A stretch of DNA of 64,000 nucleotides from a virus (taxonomy: Duplodnaviria; Caudoviricetes): the IMG/VR virus record IMGVR_UViG_3300028738_000008. One strand, 5' to 3'. A model generated the notes under the pieces. It was not told the DNA's origin. It was given only the letters and a program-made list of their open reading frames with translations, and did not search any database. The stretch's first letter is position 1. Each line of letters begins with the position of its first letter. Positions 26,584 to 35,018 of this stretch are shown piece after piece. A program made the position numbers and the translations under genes.

Positions 26584-26856
26584 ATGAAACTGAAAAACAT
26601 ATTGAAAGCCTTATGGGGTCAGTTACCAGCACAAAGAGCATTTAGGAATTTTTTTATCACTGGAAATGCTTTAGGCATGTTTAACATAAGAAGTCATCAG
26701 TGTGAAAATGGTACTCCAAAGGTTATGTACAATACCAGAGCCACAGCACAAAAAGCTGCTGATAGCATGGGTAAAAAAATGAATAAGCATTTCTCGGTTT
26801 ATAAATGTATCTATTGTGATGGGTATCACTTAGGTAAGAATAGAGATAATAAATAG
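26584..26856 (+). CDS. Hypothetical protein with YKCxxCxGYH motif
   Basis: ATG 26584; C-terminal zinc-finger-like motif. Confidence 0.7.
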   Translation: MKLKNILKALWGQLPAQRAFRNFFITGNALGMFNIRSHQCENGTPKVMYNTRATAQKAADSMGKKMNKHFSVYKCIYCDGYHLGKNRDNK

Positions 26857-26927
26857 TGGTATAGCTCAGTTGGTAGAGCATGGGTATCATAAGCCCTGTG
26901 TCATAGGTTCGATTCCTATTGCCGCTA
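26855..26927 (+). tRNA. tRNA-Met/Ile2(CAT)
   Basis: GGGT-ATCATAA-GCCC; paired 1:72 (elongator type). Confidence 0.85.
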
Positions 26928-26945
26928 CAAACTAATAAATATATA

Positions 26946-27176
26946 ATGGTAGAAAGTAAGTTTAATTCACACGGAAAATTGAAAATGGATAATGATACAA
27001 AAATCAAGGCTGGCGATACTGTTGAATACAGCTATGCTGATAATAACCCAAACGATAGAACAAGAAAAATGATCGTAACGCTTAGAGGCACTTGGGATGG
27101 TGATAAGGTTTCATTCAACGATAAGAAAAATACCGTAGTTAAAACTACTCATTGGCTAACATTAATAGAAGAATAA
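26946..27176 (+). CDS. Hypothetical protein
   Basis: ATG 26946, between tRNAs. Confidence 0.6.
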   Translation: MVESKFNSHGKLKMDNDTKIKAGDTVEYSYADNNPNDRTRKMIVTLRGTWDGDKVSFNDKKNTVVKTTHWLTLIEE

Positions 27177-27177
27177 T

Positions 27178-27315
27178 ATGCAAGAAAAAGAAGATGCTAT
27201 TGAGGAAAGGGATGATAAGCTTTCATACGAGAATTATAATCATGTTGATGGCAAATTTCATAAAGTAAGACGTAAGAATACGCATCTTACGCCAAAGAAG
27301 AAAAAACGAAAGTAA
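27178..27315 (+). CDS. Small basic hypothetical protein (45 aa)
   Basis: MQEKED...HLTPKKKKRK, translated by eye. Confidence 0.55.
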   Translation: MQEKEDAIEERDDKLSYENYNHVDGKFHKVRRKNTHLTPKKKKRK

Positions 27316-27323
27316 AAATATAT

Positions 27324-27413
27324 TGCGAGTTAGAGAAGTCAGGCCTATCTCACCAGTCTCATAAGCTGGAGTACCGTTTAAAAGTATCGTTGGTTCGAAT
27401 CCAGCACTCGCTT
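27324..27413 (+). tRNA. tRNA-Met(CAT), initiator-like 1:72 mismatch, long variable arm
   Basis: CCAGT-CTCATAA-GCTGG; 19-nt variable region. Confidence 0.8.
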
Positions 27414-27427
27414 CATTAAAAACACAC

Positions 27428-27512
27428 TGCGGAATGGTGTAATTGGCAACACACGAGGCTCATAACCTTGAGACATTAAATGCTTGTATTGGTTCGAATC
27501 CAATTTCCGCTT
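27428..27512 (+). tRNA. tRNA-Met(CAT), initiator-like 1:72 mismatch, long variable arm
   Basis: CGAGG-CTCATAA-CCTTG; 17-nt variable region. Confidence 0.8.
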
Positions 27513-27526
27513 CTATAATTATAATT

Positions 27527-27600
27527 GGTCGTGTGGCGCAATTGGTTAGCGCAATTGTCTTATACACAAAAGGTTGTGGGTTCAAGTCCCACCATGACCA
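27527..27600 (+). tRNA. tRNA-Ile(TAT)
   Basis: TTGT-CTTATAC-ACAA; GGTCGTG/CATGACC. Confidence 0.8.
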
Positions 27601-27612
27601 CAACAAATACAT

Positions 27613-27693
27613 GCTTAGTTAGCCAAGTGGCAAGGCAGCAGACTGTTAATCTGCCGAAGAAATTCATCGTAGGTTCGATCCCTACACTAAGCG
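27613..27693 (+). tRNA. tRNA-Asn(GTT) with long variable region
   Basis: GCAGA-CTGTTAA-TCTGC; 14-nt variable GAA-GAAA-TTC; G73. Confidence 0.88.
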
Positions 27694-27762
27694 CAAATAC
27701 TTTATATTTTTTGTTGCATATCTAATTTATTATCATTAAATTTGCAGCCTAAAACATTTAAT

Positions 27763-27987
27763 ATGATAGTAAAATATGTACATCATGACACTGAGGTAAG
27801 TGTGCAAGAAGAAATGCTTGGAAAACATCGTGAGCATTGCTTATGTTATCAGGGTTGTAAGTTCTTCAAACCTGAAACCAGAAAAGGAAATTGTGGCATT
27901 GCAAATGCCATTTATAAGAATTGCGTTCTTTACGGTGTTGTAACACCAGTTTGGGAATGTCCTAAATACGAGAAGGAAACTGTGTAA
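27763..27987 (+). CDS. Cys-rich hypothetical protein
   Basis: HCLCYQGC...C...C...WECP. Confidence 0.7.
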   Translation: MIVKYVHHDTEVSVQEEMLGKHREHCLCYQGCKFFKPETRKGNCGIANAIYKNCVLYGVVTPVWECPKYEKETV

Positions 27988-28235
27988 TGGATGAATTAAT
28001 ACCAGCACCTGAACAGAATATGTTCAACATTGAAGTTTATTTGGACGACGGAAGGGTATTCGAATACAAAGTAGCGTCAGCCGAAAAAGTTCGAGAACAT
28101 GCTCATGCCATTATCATGACAGGCTACAGGCATAATGATGGATTTTTATTTGAACATTATCCACCGCACAGAATCTTGAAGGTCAAGAGCAATAACATAA
28201 GCACTCAGTATAAAGACGTAACAAAAGGAACGTAA
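27987..28235 (+). CDS. Hypothetical protein
   Basis: Coupled ORF. Confidence 0.75.
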   Translation: MDELIPAPEQNMFNIEVYLDDGRVFEYKVASAEKVREHAHAIIMTGYRHNDGFLFEHYPPHRILKVKSNNISTQYKDVTKGT

Positions 28236-28540
28236 TGGAATTACAAAAATTGATTTTAGCCGAGGACGTTTACGACGCCTTGGAAACAGGTAAGAATTGT
28301 ACGATCAGAAAAGGTCGCAGAGACATTCAATTAGACAAGCTTTTATTTGAATCGCTTGACGAAAAAAGAACAACAGTCGTAAATGTCGTAATGACAATTC
28401 ATTGTAAGCTACAGCATATTCCAGACGAGTTTGTATGGAACGACGGATTCACAGGACATGAAAACATGCTTACAGAAATGAAAAGGTTTTATCCTGACAT
28501 TCAAATGGATACCGAATGTACTGTAATTATATTTGAATAA
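28235..28540 (+). CDS. ASCH/PUA-like domain protein
   Basis: GKNCTIRKG...DGF...LxxFYP pattern. Confidence 0.65.
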   Translation: MELQKLILAEDVYDALETGKNCTIRKGRRDIQLDKLLFESLDEKRTTVVNVVMTIHCKLQHIPDEFVWNDGFTGHENMLTEMKRFYPDIQMDTECTVIIFE

Positions 28541-28662
28541 TGAATTTCGAGACATTATTGGCAATAATTATAGCAATTCCATTTTCAATGATTTGTCTAC
28601 GTTGCACATTGAAAAATTGTGAGAATCCTTCATATGAATCATGGAGAATTGAGAACGAATAA
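28540..28662 (+). CDS. Small membrane peptide (40 aa)
   Basis: TAATG coupling; hydrophobic N-terminus. Confidence 0.4.
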   Translation: MNFETLLAIIIAIPFSMICLRCTLKNCENPSYESWRIENE

Positions 28663-28728
28663 AAATATAAATGCTGGAACAACTCTGTACGTGAGCCAGC
28701 TACTATTGCAATAGTAACGTACACTCAC

Positions 28729-28800
28729 GCCGATATCATATAATTGGTATTATGCTGGCTCTGTAACCCAGACATCGGGAATCGTCCTCTCGTATCGGCT
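28729..28800 (+). tRNA. tRNA-Thr(TGT)
   Basis: GCCGATA/TATCGGC Thr-type acceptor; loop TCTGTAA (atypical C33). Confidence 0.7.
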
Positions 28801-28806
28801 CAATAT

Positions 28807-28880
28807 GCATCCTTAGCTATAATTGGTAGAGCACCTGTTTAGTAAGCAGGGGGTTGTCGGTTCGAGTCCGTCAGGATGCT
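28807..28880 (+). tRNA. tRNA-Thr(AGT)
   Basis: CCTGT-TTAGTAA-GCAGG; GCATCCT/AGGATGC. Confidence 0.85.
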
Positions 28881-28901
28881 CAAACATTTAAATTAAAAAC
28901 A

Positions 28902-29126
28902 ATGGTAAATACATTAAAGGGTAAATTGATTAAAACTGTTATAAAGAGTGCTTGCAGAGCAAAATTTACTAAAGAGAAGGTGCAAGAGTATCTAAAGGGA
29001 TATTTAGCATTTGAGACAACTGTAACAAATTATTCGCTTGATGTAGATTCAGCATATTTTGATATTGTCTATGTGGACAATCATCAAAATCATTTAATTA
29101 GTGTTAATATAAAAATCGTAAAATAA
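28902..29126 (+). CDS. Hypothetical protein
   Basis: ATG 28902 after tRNA-Thr. Confidence 0.6.
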   Translation: MVNTLKGKLIKTVIKSACRAKFTKEKVQEYLKGYLAFETTVTNYSLDVDSAYFDIVYVDNHQNHLISVNIKIVK

Positions 29127-29133
29127 AAGTAAT

Positions 29134-29526
29134 ATGACAATTCAAGATCAGATCAACTTGGACTTGCACCAAGCAATGTTAAACAAAGACAAGGAACTTT
29201 TAACATTTTTAAGGGTTGTAGCCAGTGATTTTTACCTAAAAGGAAAGGTCATTGACGATGAAATGGCGAAGAAAGTTTTACGCACATTAAAGGAAGAAGC
29301 AACCATAATGAACAACCAATACGAAATTGACGTTATTGCTAAGTATTTGCCAGCATTATTAAGCGAAGCAGAGATCAAAGCACTCGTTATTGAGGCTATT
29401 AAAGCCAATGGCTTCGCTGGAATGAAAGACATGGGTAAAGTTATGGCTGAATTAAAAAAGTTGCCTACAGCCTCTCAAATTGACAATACTTATGCCAGTA
29501 AATTAACAAAGGAATTGCTAGCATAG
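29134..29526 (+). CDS. GatB/YqeY domain protein
   Basis: DLHQAMLNKD...KYLPALLSEAEI...KDMGKVM signature. Confidence 0.85.
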   Translation: MTIQDQINLDLHQAMLNKDKELLTFLRVVASDFYLKGKVIDDEMAKKVLRTLKEEATIMNNQYEIDVIAKYLPALLSEAEIKALVIEAIKANGFAGMKDMGKVMAELKKLPTASQIDNTYASKLTKELLA

Positions 29527-29534
29527 TAAAATAT

Positions 29535-29610
29535 GGAGGCGTATCACAACAATCTTCTAAATTGTTTTAGTGTAATTGGACTGATGTGGGTTCGACTCCC
29601 ATCGCCTCTT
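29535..29610 (+). tRNA. Atypical D-armless tRNA-Arg(TCT)
   Basis: GGAGGCG/CGCCTCT, TATCAC linker, AACAAT-CTTCTAA-ATTGTT, TTAGT-GTAATTGG-ACTGA hairpin, T arm GTGGG-TTCGACT-CCCAT. Confidence 0.65.
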
Positions 29611-29627
29611 CAAGAATAATAACTATT

Positions 29628-29903
29628 ATGAATATAATTAAAGTAGAAAACGTAAAAGGCATTGAAAATCGTGCAAAGGGTATGACGGTATTGCACGATT
29701 ATAAAATGGATGGTAGACATGTTCAGTCTGTTATAGTTGTTTTAAGCTATGATGATCTTAAAAGTATTAGCAATATAATCGAAAAATTGAGGGGATATAA
29801 TGTTAGTTGTTTGGTCATGCCAGAAGCTTTACATTTTACTCCAGAAGAAAGAATATTGCTTGAACCTTTATTCAATAAAAGTTTTACTGTAAGTTATTAT
29901 TAA
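29628..29903 (+). CDS. Hypothetical protein
   Basis: ATG 29628. Confidence 0.6.
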   Translation: MNIIKVENVKGIENRAKGMTVLHDYKMDGRHVQSVIVVLSYDDLKSISNIIEKLRGYNVSCLVMPEALHFTPEERILLEPLFNKSFTVSYY

Positions 29904-29908
29904 ACAAT

Positions 29909-29982
29909 GGCTATGTAGCTCAACTGGATGGAGCACTTCGCTACGAACGAAGAGGTTGGGGGTTCGAATCCCTTCATGGTCA
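29909..29982 (+). tRNA. tRNA-Arg(ACG)
   Basis: CTTCG-CTACGAA-CGAAG. Confidence 0.92.
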
Positions 29983-29995
29983 CAAATGCATATAT

Positions 29996-30877
29996 ATGAA
30001 AAAGAACATAGTATTTTATAACGCCTATCATAAAGGTGACTTACATTACTCAAGACAATTTATGAAAGATATTCAAAAGAATCTCTCGACTAAATATGAG
30101 GGTTTCTTTTATTCTGATAAATATCCTGATGATAATATTTATTTTGACTTAGTTGATTTTAAACGACTTCCGTTTAAAAATATGCTTAATGAAAATTCTC
30201 AAGTTACTTATGACGAAAAAAATGTTTACATTAATACTTGGATAGGTCAAGGTGGGTACAAATATGTTGTTGAGTCTAAATGCTCTTTAAAGTCTTATCA
30301 TAATATGTATAAGGACATTTATGTAACATTAGGCATACCTTTAAAGAGAATTGATGCATATATTCCAACGATTGATTATACAAAGCTTGACCAACAGCAT
30401 ACCGTAAATATTTTGAATTTTAACAGTCAGCAAAAACTCACCAACGTAAAGAAGAAGATACTTATATGTAATGGCGATGTATTATCATTTCAGTCTGAGA
30501 ATTTTAAATTTGAATACATTGTAAACATACTTGCATTCATGAATCTCAATTGTACTTTTATATGTACCAGTAAATCTTTTCTACCCAAAACCGATAATGT
30601 TGTTTTCTGCGAGGATATCATAAAAAAAGACGGCTGTGATCTAAATGAAATTTCTTTTCTATCAACATTTTGCGATATAATCGTCGGCAGAGCTTCTGGG
30701 CCTTATGCATTCACGCATGTAAAGGAAAACATTGGGAATAAAGATATCGATTATATTTCATTATGTAAAAATATAGAAGAAGGTATTTGGTATCAGGGCA
30801 AAGCATCTAATAGCTGGTCTGACAAATATACCATAAATAATATTGTTGACATGATTAATTTGAAAATAAATGACTAA
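29996..30877 (+). CDS. Putative glycosyltransferase (GT-B-like)
   Basis: N-terminal HKGDLHYSR and DIIVGRASGP motifs; first gene of the sugar cluster. Confidence 0.55.
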   Translation: MKKNIVFYNAYHKGDLHYSRQFMKDIQKNLSTKYEGFFYSDKYPDDNIYFDLVDFKRLPFKNMLNENSQVTYDEKNVYINTWIGQGGYKYVVESKCSLKSYHNMYKDIYVTLGIPLKRIDAYIPTIDYTKLDQQHTVNILNFNSQQKLTNVKKKILICNGDVLSFQSENFKFEYIVNILAFMNLNCTFICTSKSFLPKTDNVVFCEDIIKKDGCDLNEISFLSTFCDIIVGRASGPYAFTHVKENIGNKDIDYISLCKNIEEGIWYQGKASNSWSDKYTINNIVDMINLKIND

Positions 30878-31541
30878 AAAAGTATTAATTTTTACAAGTG
30901 CTTGGGGCAGAAGACCTCTAATGACACGACAATGCATGCTGAGTGTTATGGCTCAGAGTTATAAAGATCTTGTCCATGCGGTTAACATTACTTTAGACGG
31001 CGACGCAACCACAAAAGATTATTCTCCGATGTATAACGATCTTGTTAAATTGGATAATAGATTTATCGTTAATACCAATCTGAATGGTCATACACATCAT
31101 AATAATATGCTTGCGATAAAGTCCGTTCCAAATTTCATGGAGTATGATTATTTTTTGAAGATGGATAATGACGATATATACAAAACTCATTACGTTGAGA
31201 ATATTGTAAATTTCTTTGAAGCAAATCCTGATGTAGATATTACATCGACAAAAATAACCGATCACTTAAATGGTTATGACCTTTATAAAGGCTCATGGGA
31301 TAATTTTGGCGCAAATCCAGATGGAACAGATTATCATATGCCTATGACATTTGCATTTACACGTAAAGCATTGGAGTCTATTATCGGACTAACAAATATT
31401 TATGGCTTTGATGATATGATGTGGCGTGACGCATGGGCTAAAGATGGCTTGAAGCATAAGGCTGTTCATAATGAAAACGAAGTTATTTTCAATGTACATG
31501 GCGGAAATGTCTCAACAGGCAGTTGGTTAAAAAAGAAATGA
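30870..31541 (+). CDS. GT2-family glycosyltransferase
   Basis: SVMAQSYKD, FLKMDNDDIY (DxD) and FDDMMW motifs. Confidence 0.75.
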   Translation: MTKKVLIFTSAWGRRPLMTRQCMLSVMAQSYKDLVHAVNITLDGDATTKDYSPMYNDLVKLDNRFIVNTNLNGHTHHNNMLAIKSVPNFMEYDYFLKMDNDDIYKTHYVENIVNFFEANPDVDITSTKITDHLNGYDLYKGSWDNFGANPDGTDYHMPMTFAFTRKALESIIGLTNIYGFDDMMWRDAWAKDGLKHKAVHNENEVIFNVHGGNVSTGSWLKKK

Positions 31542-31544
31542 ATC

Positions 31545-32159
31545 ATGATAAATGGAGATCGTAGTAAAATAAATTTATTCGTATGCGTTTATAGTACTGA
31601 GAATAAACGGAGACAGAATGAAATGGATAAATGTTTACGAATTAATAAAAGGAATCAATTTCTCAATGTTGTGCCAATTTATAATCAGGATAGACTAACA
31701 TATAATGATTTCTTTAAAATCATAAATGAAGCGTCTGGAAATGATGACATTAACATAATAACAAATTCGGATATATATTTTGACTCTACTATTGAATTAG
31801 CTCAACATATGTTATATAAGGAATTATATGCATTAACTCGCTGGGATTTAAATGGTAATGACTTAACATTTTATAATCTTAGTTATAGTCAGGATAGCTG
31901 GATATTTAGAGGTAAAATTGAAGATATTAATGCACCTTATGAATTAGGAAAAATGGGATGCGATAATAAAATAGCTTTTGAATTTTTTAATAAAGGTTAT
32001 AAAGTGCTAAACCCATCTAAAAGCATTATTACAACTCATTTACATGAATCAAATTTTAGAACATATGATTATTTTGATCAGTATGATGGGTGGACTCTGT
32101 GGATTGAGCCTCATTTTATTTTTGAAGAGCCTGTATTTAATAAATATATGAAATCCTAA
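31545..32159 (+). CDS. Glycosyltransferase-like protein
   Basis: IITNSDIYFD, ALTRWD, SQDSWIF and GCDNKIA motifs. Confidence 0.6.
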   Translation: MINGDRSKINLFVCVYSTENKRRQNEMDKCLRINKRNQFLNVVPIYNQDRLTYNDFFKIINEASGNDDINIITNSDIYFDSTIELAQHMLYKELYALTRWDLNGNDLTFYNLSYSQDSWIFRGKIEDINAPYELGKMGCDNKIAFEFFNKGYKVLNPSKSIITTHLHESNFRTYDYFDQYDGWTLWIEPHFIFEEPVFNKYMKS

Positions 32160-33146
32160 ATGAGAAAAGCACTAATAATCGGTATAACAGGACAGGACGG
32201 TTCATATCTCGCAGAATATTTATTGGAAATGGGATATGATGTTCACGGTATTGTAAGAAGAAATTCATTACCCAATTCGCAATCGTATCGTCTTGAGTCG
32301 ATAGAAAAAGAAATTCATACCTATTATGGTGACCTATTAGATCAAACATCCTTAGATAGTACTCTTGCTGAGGTTAAACCTGATGAAATTTATAATCTGG
32401 GTGCTCAATCTCATGTTAGAATTAGTTATGATATTCCACAATACACATCACAGGTAAATGCCATAGGCGTTTTAAATCTACTTGAGTCGTATAAGAAAAT
32501 ATGTCCAGAAGCTAAATTATACCAAGCCAGCACTTCCGAAATGTTTGGATTGAATATTGACGATGATAATTTCCAGAGAGAAACAACGGTTTTGAATCCT
32601 GTTTCCCCTTATGGTATATCGAAAGTATTTGCTTATGGCATGGTAAGGCATTATAGACGAGCATATGATTTACATGCATGTAATGGCATTTTGTTTAATC
32701 ATGAATCTCCAAGACGTGGTGACAACTTTGTTACAAGTAAAGTCGTTAAAAGTGCATGTATGATTAAATTAGGACGACAAGAAAAACTTGAATTAGGCAA
32801 TATGGACTCATACAGGGATTGGGGGCATGCTAAGGATTACGTGAAAACAATGCATTTAATTATCAATCATGAAACAGCTGATGATTTTGTTGTTAGCACT
32901 ATGGAAACTCGCTCAGTAAGAGATATGTGCGATATAGTTTTTAAATATTTGGATTTGAATTATATGGATTATGTTGTTCAAAATCCTAAATTTATGAGAG
33001 CAGAGGAATTACCATATTTAAGAGGTGATTCAACAAAAATGAGAAATACGTTCAATTGGAAGCCTACTTACACATTCGAAGAAATGATGTACGAAATGAC
33101 TGCTCATTGGATGGATGTATTACAGGGAATTAAATCAAAAAGATAA
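32160..33146 (+). CDS. gmd: GDP-mannose 4,6-dehydratase
   Basis: GITGQDGSYLAE, YNLGAQSHV, YQASTSEMFG, SPYGISK and NHESPRRG motifs. Confidence 0.95.
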   Translation: MRKALIIGITGQDGSYLAEYLLEMGYDVHGIVRRNSLPNSQSYRLESIEKEIHTYYGDLLDQTSLDSTLAEVKPDEIYNLGAQSHVRISYDIPQYTSQVNAIGVLNLLESYKKICPEAKLYQASTSEMFGLNIDDDNFQRETTVLNPVSPYGISKVFAYGMVRHYRRAYDLHACNGILFNHESPRRGDNFVTSKVVKSACMIKLGRQEKLELGNMDSYRDWGHAKDYVKTMHLIINHETADDFVVSTMETRSVRDMCDIVFKYLDLNYMDYVVQNPKFMRAEELPYLRGDSTKMRNTFNWKPTYTFEEMMYEMTAHWMDVLQGIKSKR

Positions 33147-33159
33147 GAGTTCGATATAA

Positions 33160-33291
33160 TGCAGCGAGAATAAATACATCGAGGTTAAAGGGTATGAAAC
33201 AGAGTTAGATCGAATTAAATGGAGTCAATTTACTGAACCATTGGAAGTTTGGAAGAGAAAAGAATTGTTAAAATTAGGACTAAAATTATAA
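33160..33291 (+). pseudogene. C-terminal remnant of a PD-(D/E)XK-type endonuclease
   Basis: Start-less frame ENKYIEVKGYETELDRIKWSQF, bounded upstream by TAA. Confidence 0.45.
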
Positions 33292-33336
33292 TAATTGACT
33301 TGTATTTGTTAATAATTATAAGTATTTTTGTAAAAT

Positions 33337-33427
33337 GGATAGATGCCAGAGTCTGGTTTATCGGGACAACCTGCTAAGTTGTTGTACGGCGAAAGTCGTG
33401 CCGAGGGTTCGAATCCCTCTCTATCCG
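33337..33427 (+). tRNA. tRNA-Ser(GCT)
   Basis: ACAAC-CTGCTAA-GTTGT; long arm; G73; own TAnnTTTG promoter at about 33323-33330. Confidence 0.92.
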
Positions 33428-33442
33428 CATAAATGATTGGAT

Positions 33443-34078
33443 ATGAGAAAAGTGTCGTTTGCGTTAACAGCTTGTGGGAGACCTGATCTCTTAGAAAGAA
33501 CTATGGATTCATTCATAACACATAACACATATCCAATCGAAAAATATTATATCACAGAAGACTCAACAATAATCGGATTGAATGATAAATTGATTGAGAA
33601 ATATTCAGCCTTGAATATAGAGTGGATAATAAATGAAACCCGAATGGGTCAGATAAGATCAATCGATAATATGTATGCAAAAATAGATACTGAATACATA
33701 TTTCATTGTGAAGATGATTGGCTATTCACTCAAGATGGCTTCATTGAGAAGAGTATTGATATACTCGATAATAATTCCAACATAATGATGGTGTGGCTTA
33801 GAGCACACAATGACACTAATGGACACCCTGTAACATACTTCAATGAAAAATTCGATATTGTTACACATAATTACTTAATAATGTGGCATGGTTTTTCATT
33901 TAATCCAGCATTGCGAAGATTAAGTGATTATAAACTTGTTGCGCCTTATGAGTCGATTGGACATGAATCTGATCTCTCAATAAAGTATAAAGAACTCGGA
34001 TTTTCAACAGCAATACTAAAAGATAAGCATGTCGAGCATATTGGCTGGAATCGACACATGAATGATATAAATCAGTAA
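33443..34078 (+). CDS. GT2-like glycosyltransferase
   Basis: TACGRPDLLERT, YIFHCEDDW and FSFNP motifs. Confidence 0.75.
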   Translation: MRKVSFALTACGRPDLLERTMDSFITHNTYPIEKYYITEDSTIIGLNDKLIEKYSALNIEWIINETRMGQIRSIDNMYAKIDTEYIFHCEDDWLFTQDGFIEKSIDILDNNSNIMMVWLRAHNDTNGHPVTYFNEKFDIVTHNYLIMWHGFSFNPALRRLSDYKLVAPYESIGHESDLSIKYKELGFSTAILKDKHVEHIGWNRHMNDINQ

Positions 34079-34080
34079 GC

Positions 34081-35007
34081 ATGGAAAAAGTTGACGTAAT
34101 TATAAACGTGTATGGCAAACCTTGGCAGACACTTTGCACATTAAAATCGCTTATGAAAGTAAGCGGCGAACATATCGATAAAATTTATATAATCGAGGAG
34201 AGACAACAACCATATGGCTCAAAAATTGAATTCATATATAAAGAATTTAATAATGTAATTAGATATATGCCAGACGTATATCGTTTCGTAACTGTTACAA
34301 ATCATGGTAACATGTCTAATCCGAACGAACGATATATTTTCAGATACCAATATGGTATAGAAAATTCAGACAAAAAATATGTTTTTATCACGCACAACGA
34401 TATACTATATGTCAATGATATTATTGGTAATATGCTTGAGAAAGATGATGGCCAAGCTGGCGTTGGGCTGATTGGACAATGTTGGAATTGCCCAGCGTTT
34501 ATGGGTAATCTATGTGATGGAGATAGGCACGATAAATATAACCCAACATATGATGAAGTCATAAATCTGACAAAAATACACACACCAGCACGATATCTAC
34601 AACACAATGAGTTGGTAGACCGAACTCACCCAATGCCATTACCTGAATGTAGACTTAATGAATTTGCATGCTTAGTCGATAGAAATATAACTATGGCACA
34701 ATGCTACCCGAATGGTAATACGCCTTTGTTTGGAGCATATGATTTACTTGACTTGGGCGATGCTTGGTTTAGAAGCCTTATCCTTAAAGGATTCAAATTT
34801 AAAAATCATGACATTAATGTTGATGCCGTTCATGGTTATTTTTCTCAAATTCCATCCGAAATACGAGTATATATGGAGAAAATAACTGATAGCAGCGTAA
34901 CTGAACGATCAAAAATGTTTGTAAGTGGCTACCCGACGCAACTTGATCATCAGAAATATAATGATTCAGAAGTATTTGCCGAAAATTATTTTAAAGAAAA
35001 CTTTTAA
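34081..35007 (+). CDS. GT-A-like glycosyltransferase
   Basis: YVFITHNDILY, RLNEFACL and DLGDAWF motifs. Confidence 0.6.
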   Translation: MEKVDVIINVYGKPWQTLCTLKSLMKVSGEHIDKIYIIEERQQPYGSKIEFIYKEFNNVIRYMPDVYRFVTVTNHGNMSNPNERYIFRYQYGIENSDKKYVFITHNDILYVNDIIGNMLEKDDGQAGVGLIGQCWNCPAFMGNLCDGDRHDKYNPTYDEVINLTKIHTPARYLQHNELVDRTHPMPLPECRLNEFACLVDRNITMAQCYPNGNTPLFGAYDLLDLGDAWFRSLILKGFKFKNHDINVDAVHGYFSQIPSEIRVYMEKITDSSVTERSKMFVSGYPTQLDHQKYNDSEVFAENYFKENF

Positions 35008-35018
35008 CACTTTTAACA

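Noticed and set aside
5682-27725. Track ORFs overlapping tRNAs (5682-, 9394, 9656-, 9843, 10080-, 15456-, 25568-, 26723-, 27525) and the extended starts of 5917, 10036, 16137, 26497, 28854 and 29586
   Set aside because: They are translations across tRNA genes; the true starts lie downstream of the tRNAs.
5588-29985. tRNA genes ending in N-CAA rather than CCA as a special feature
   Set aside because: Lack of encoded CCA is common; host CCA-adding enzyme and trimming explain it.
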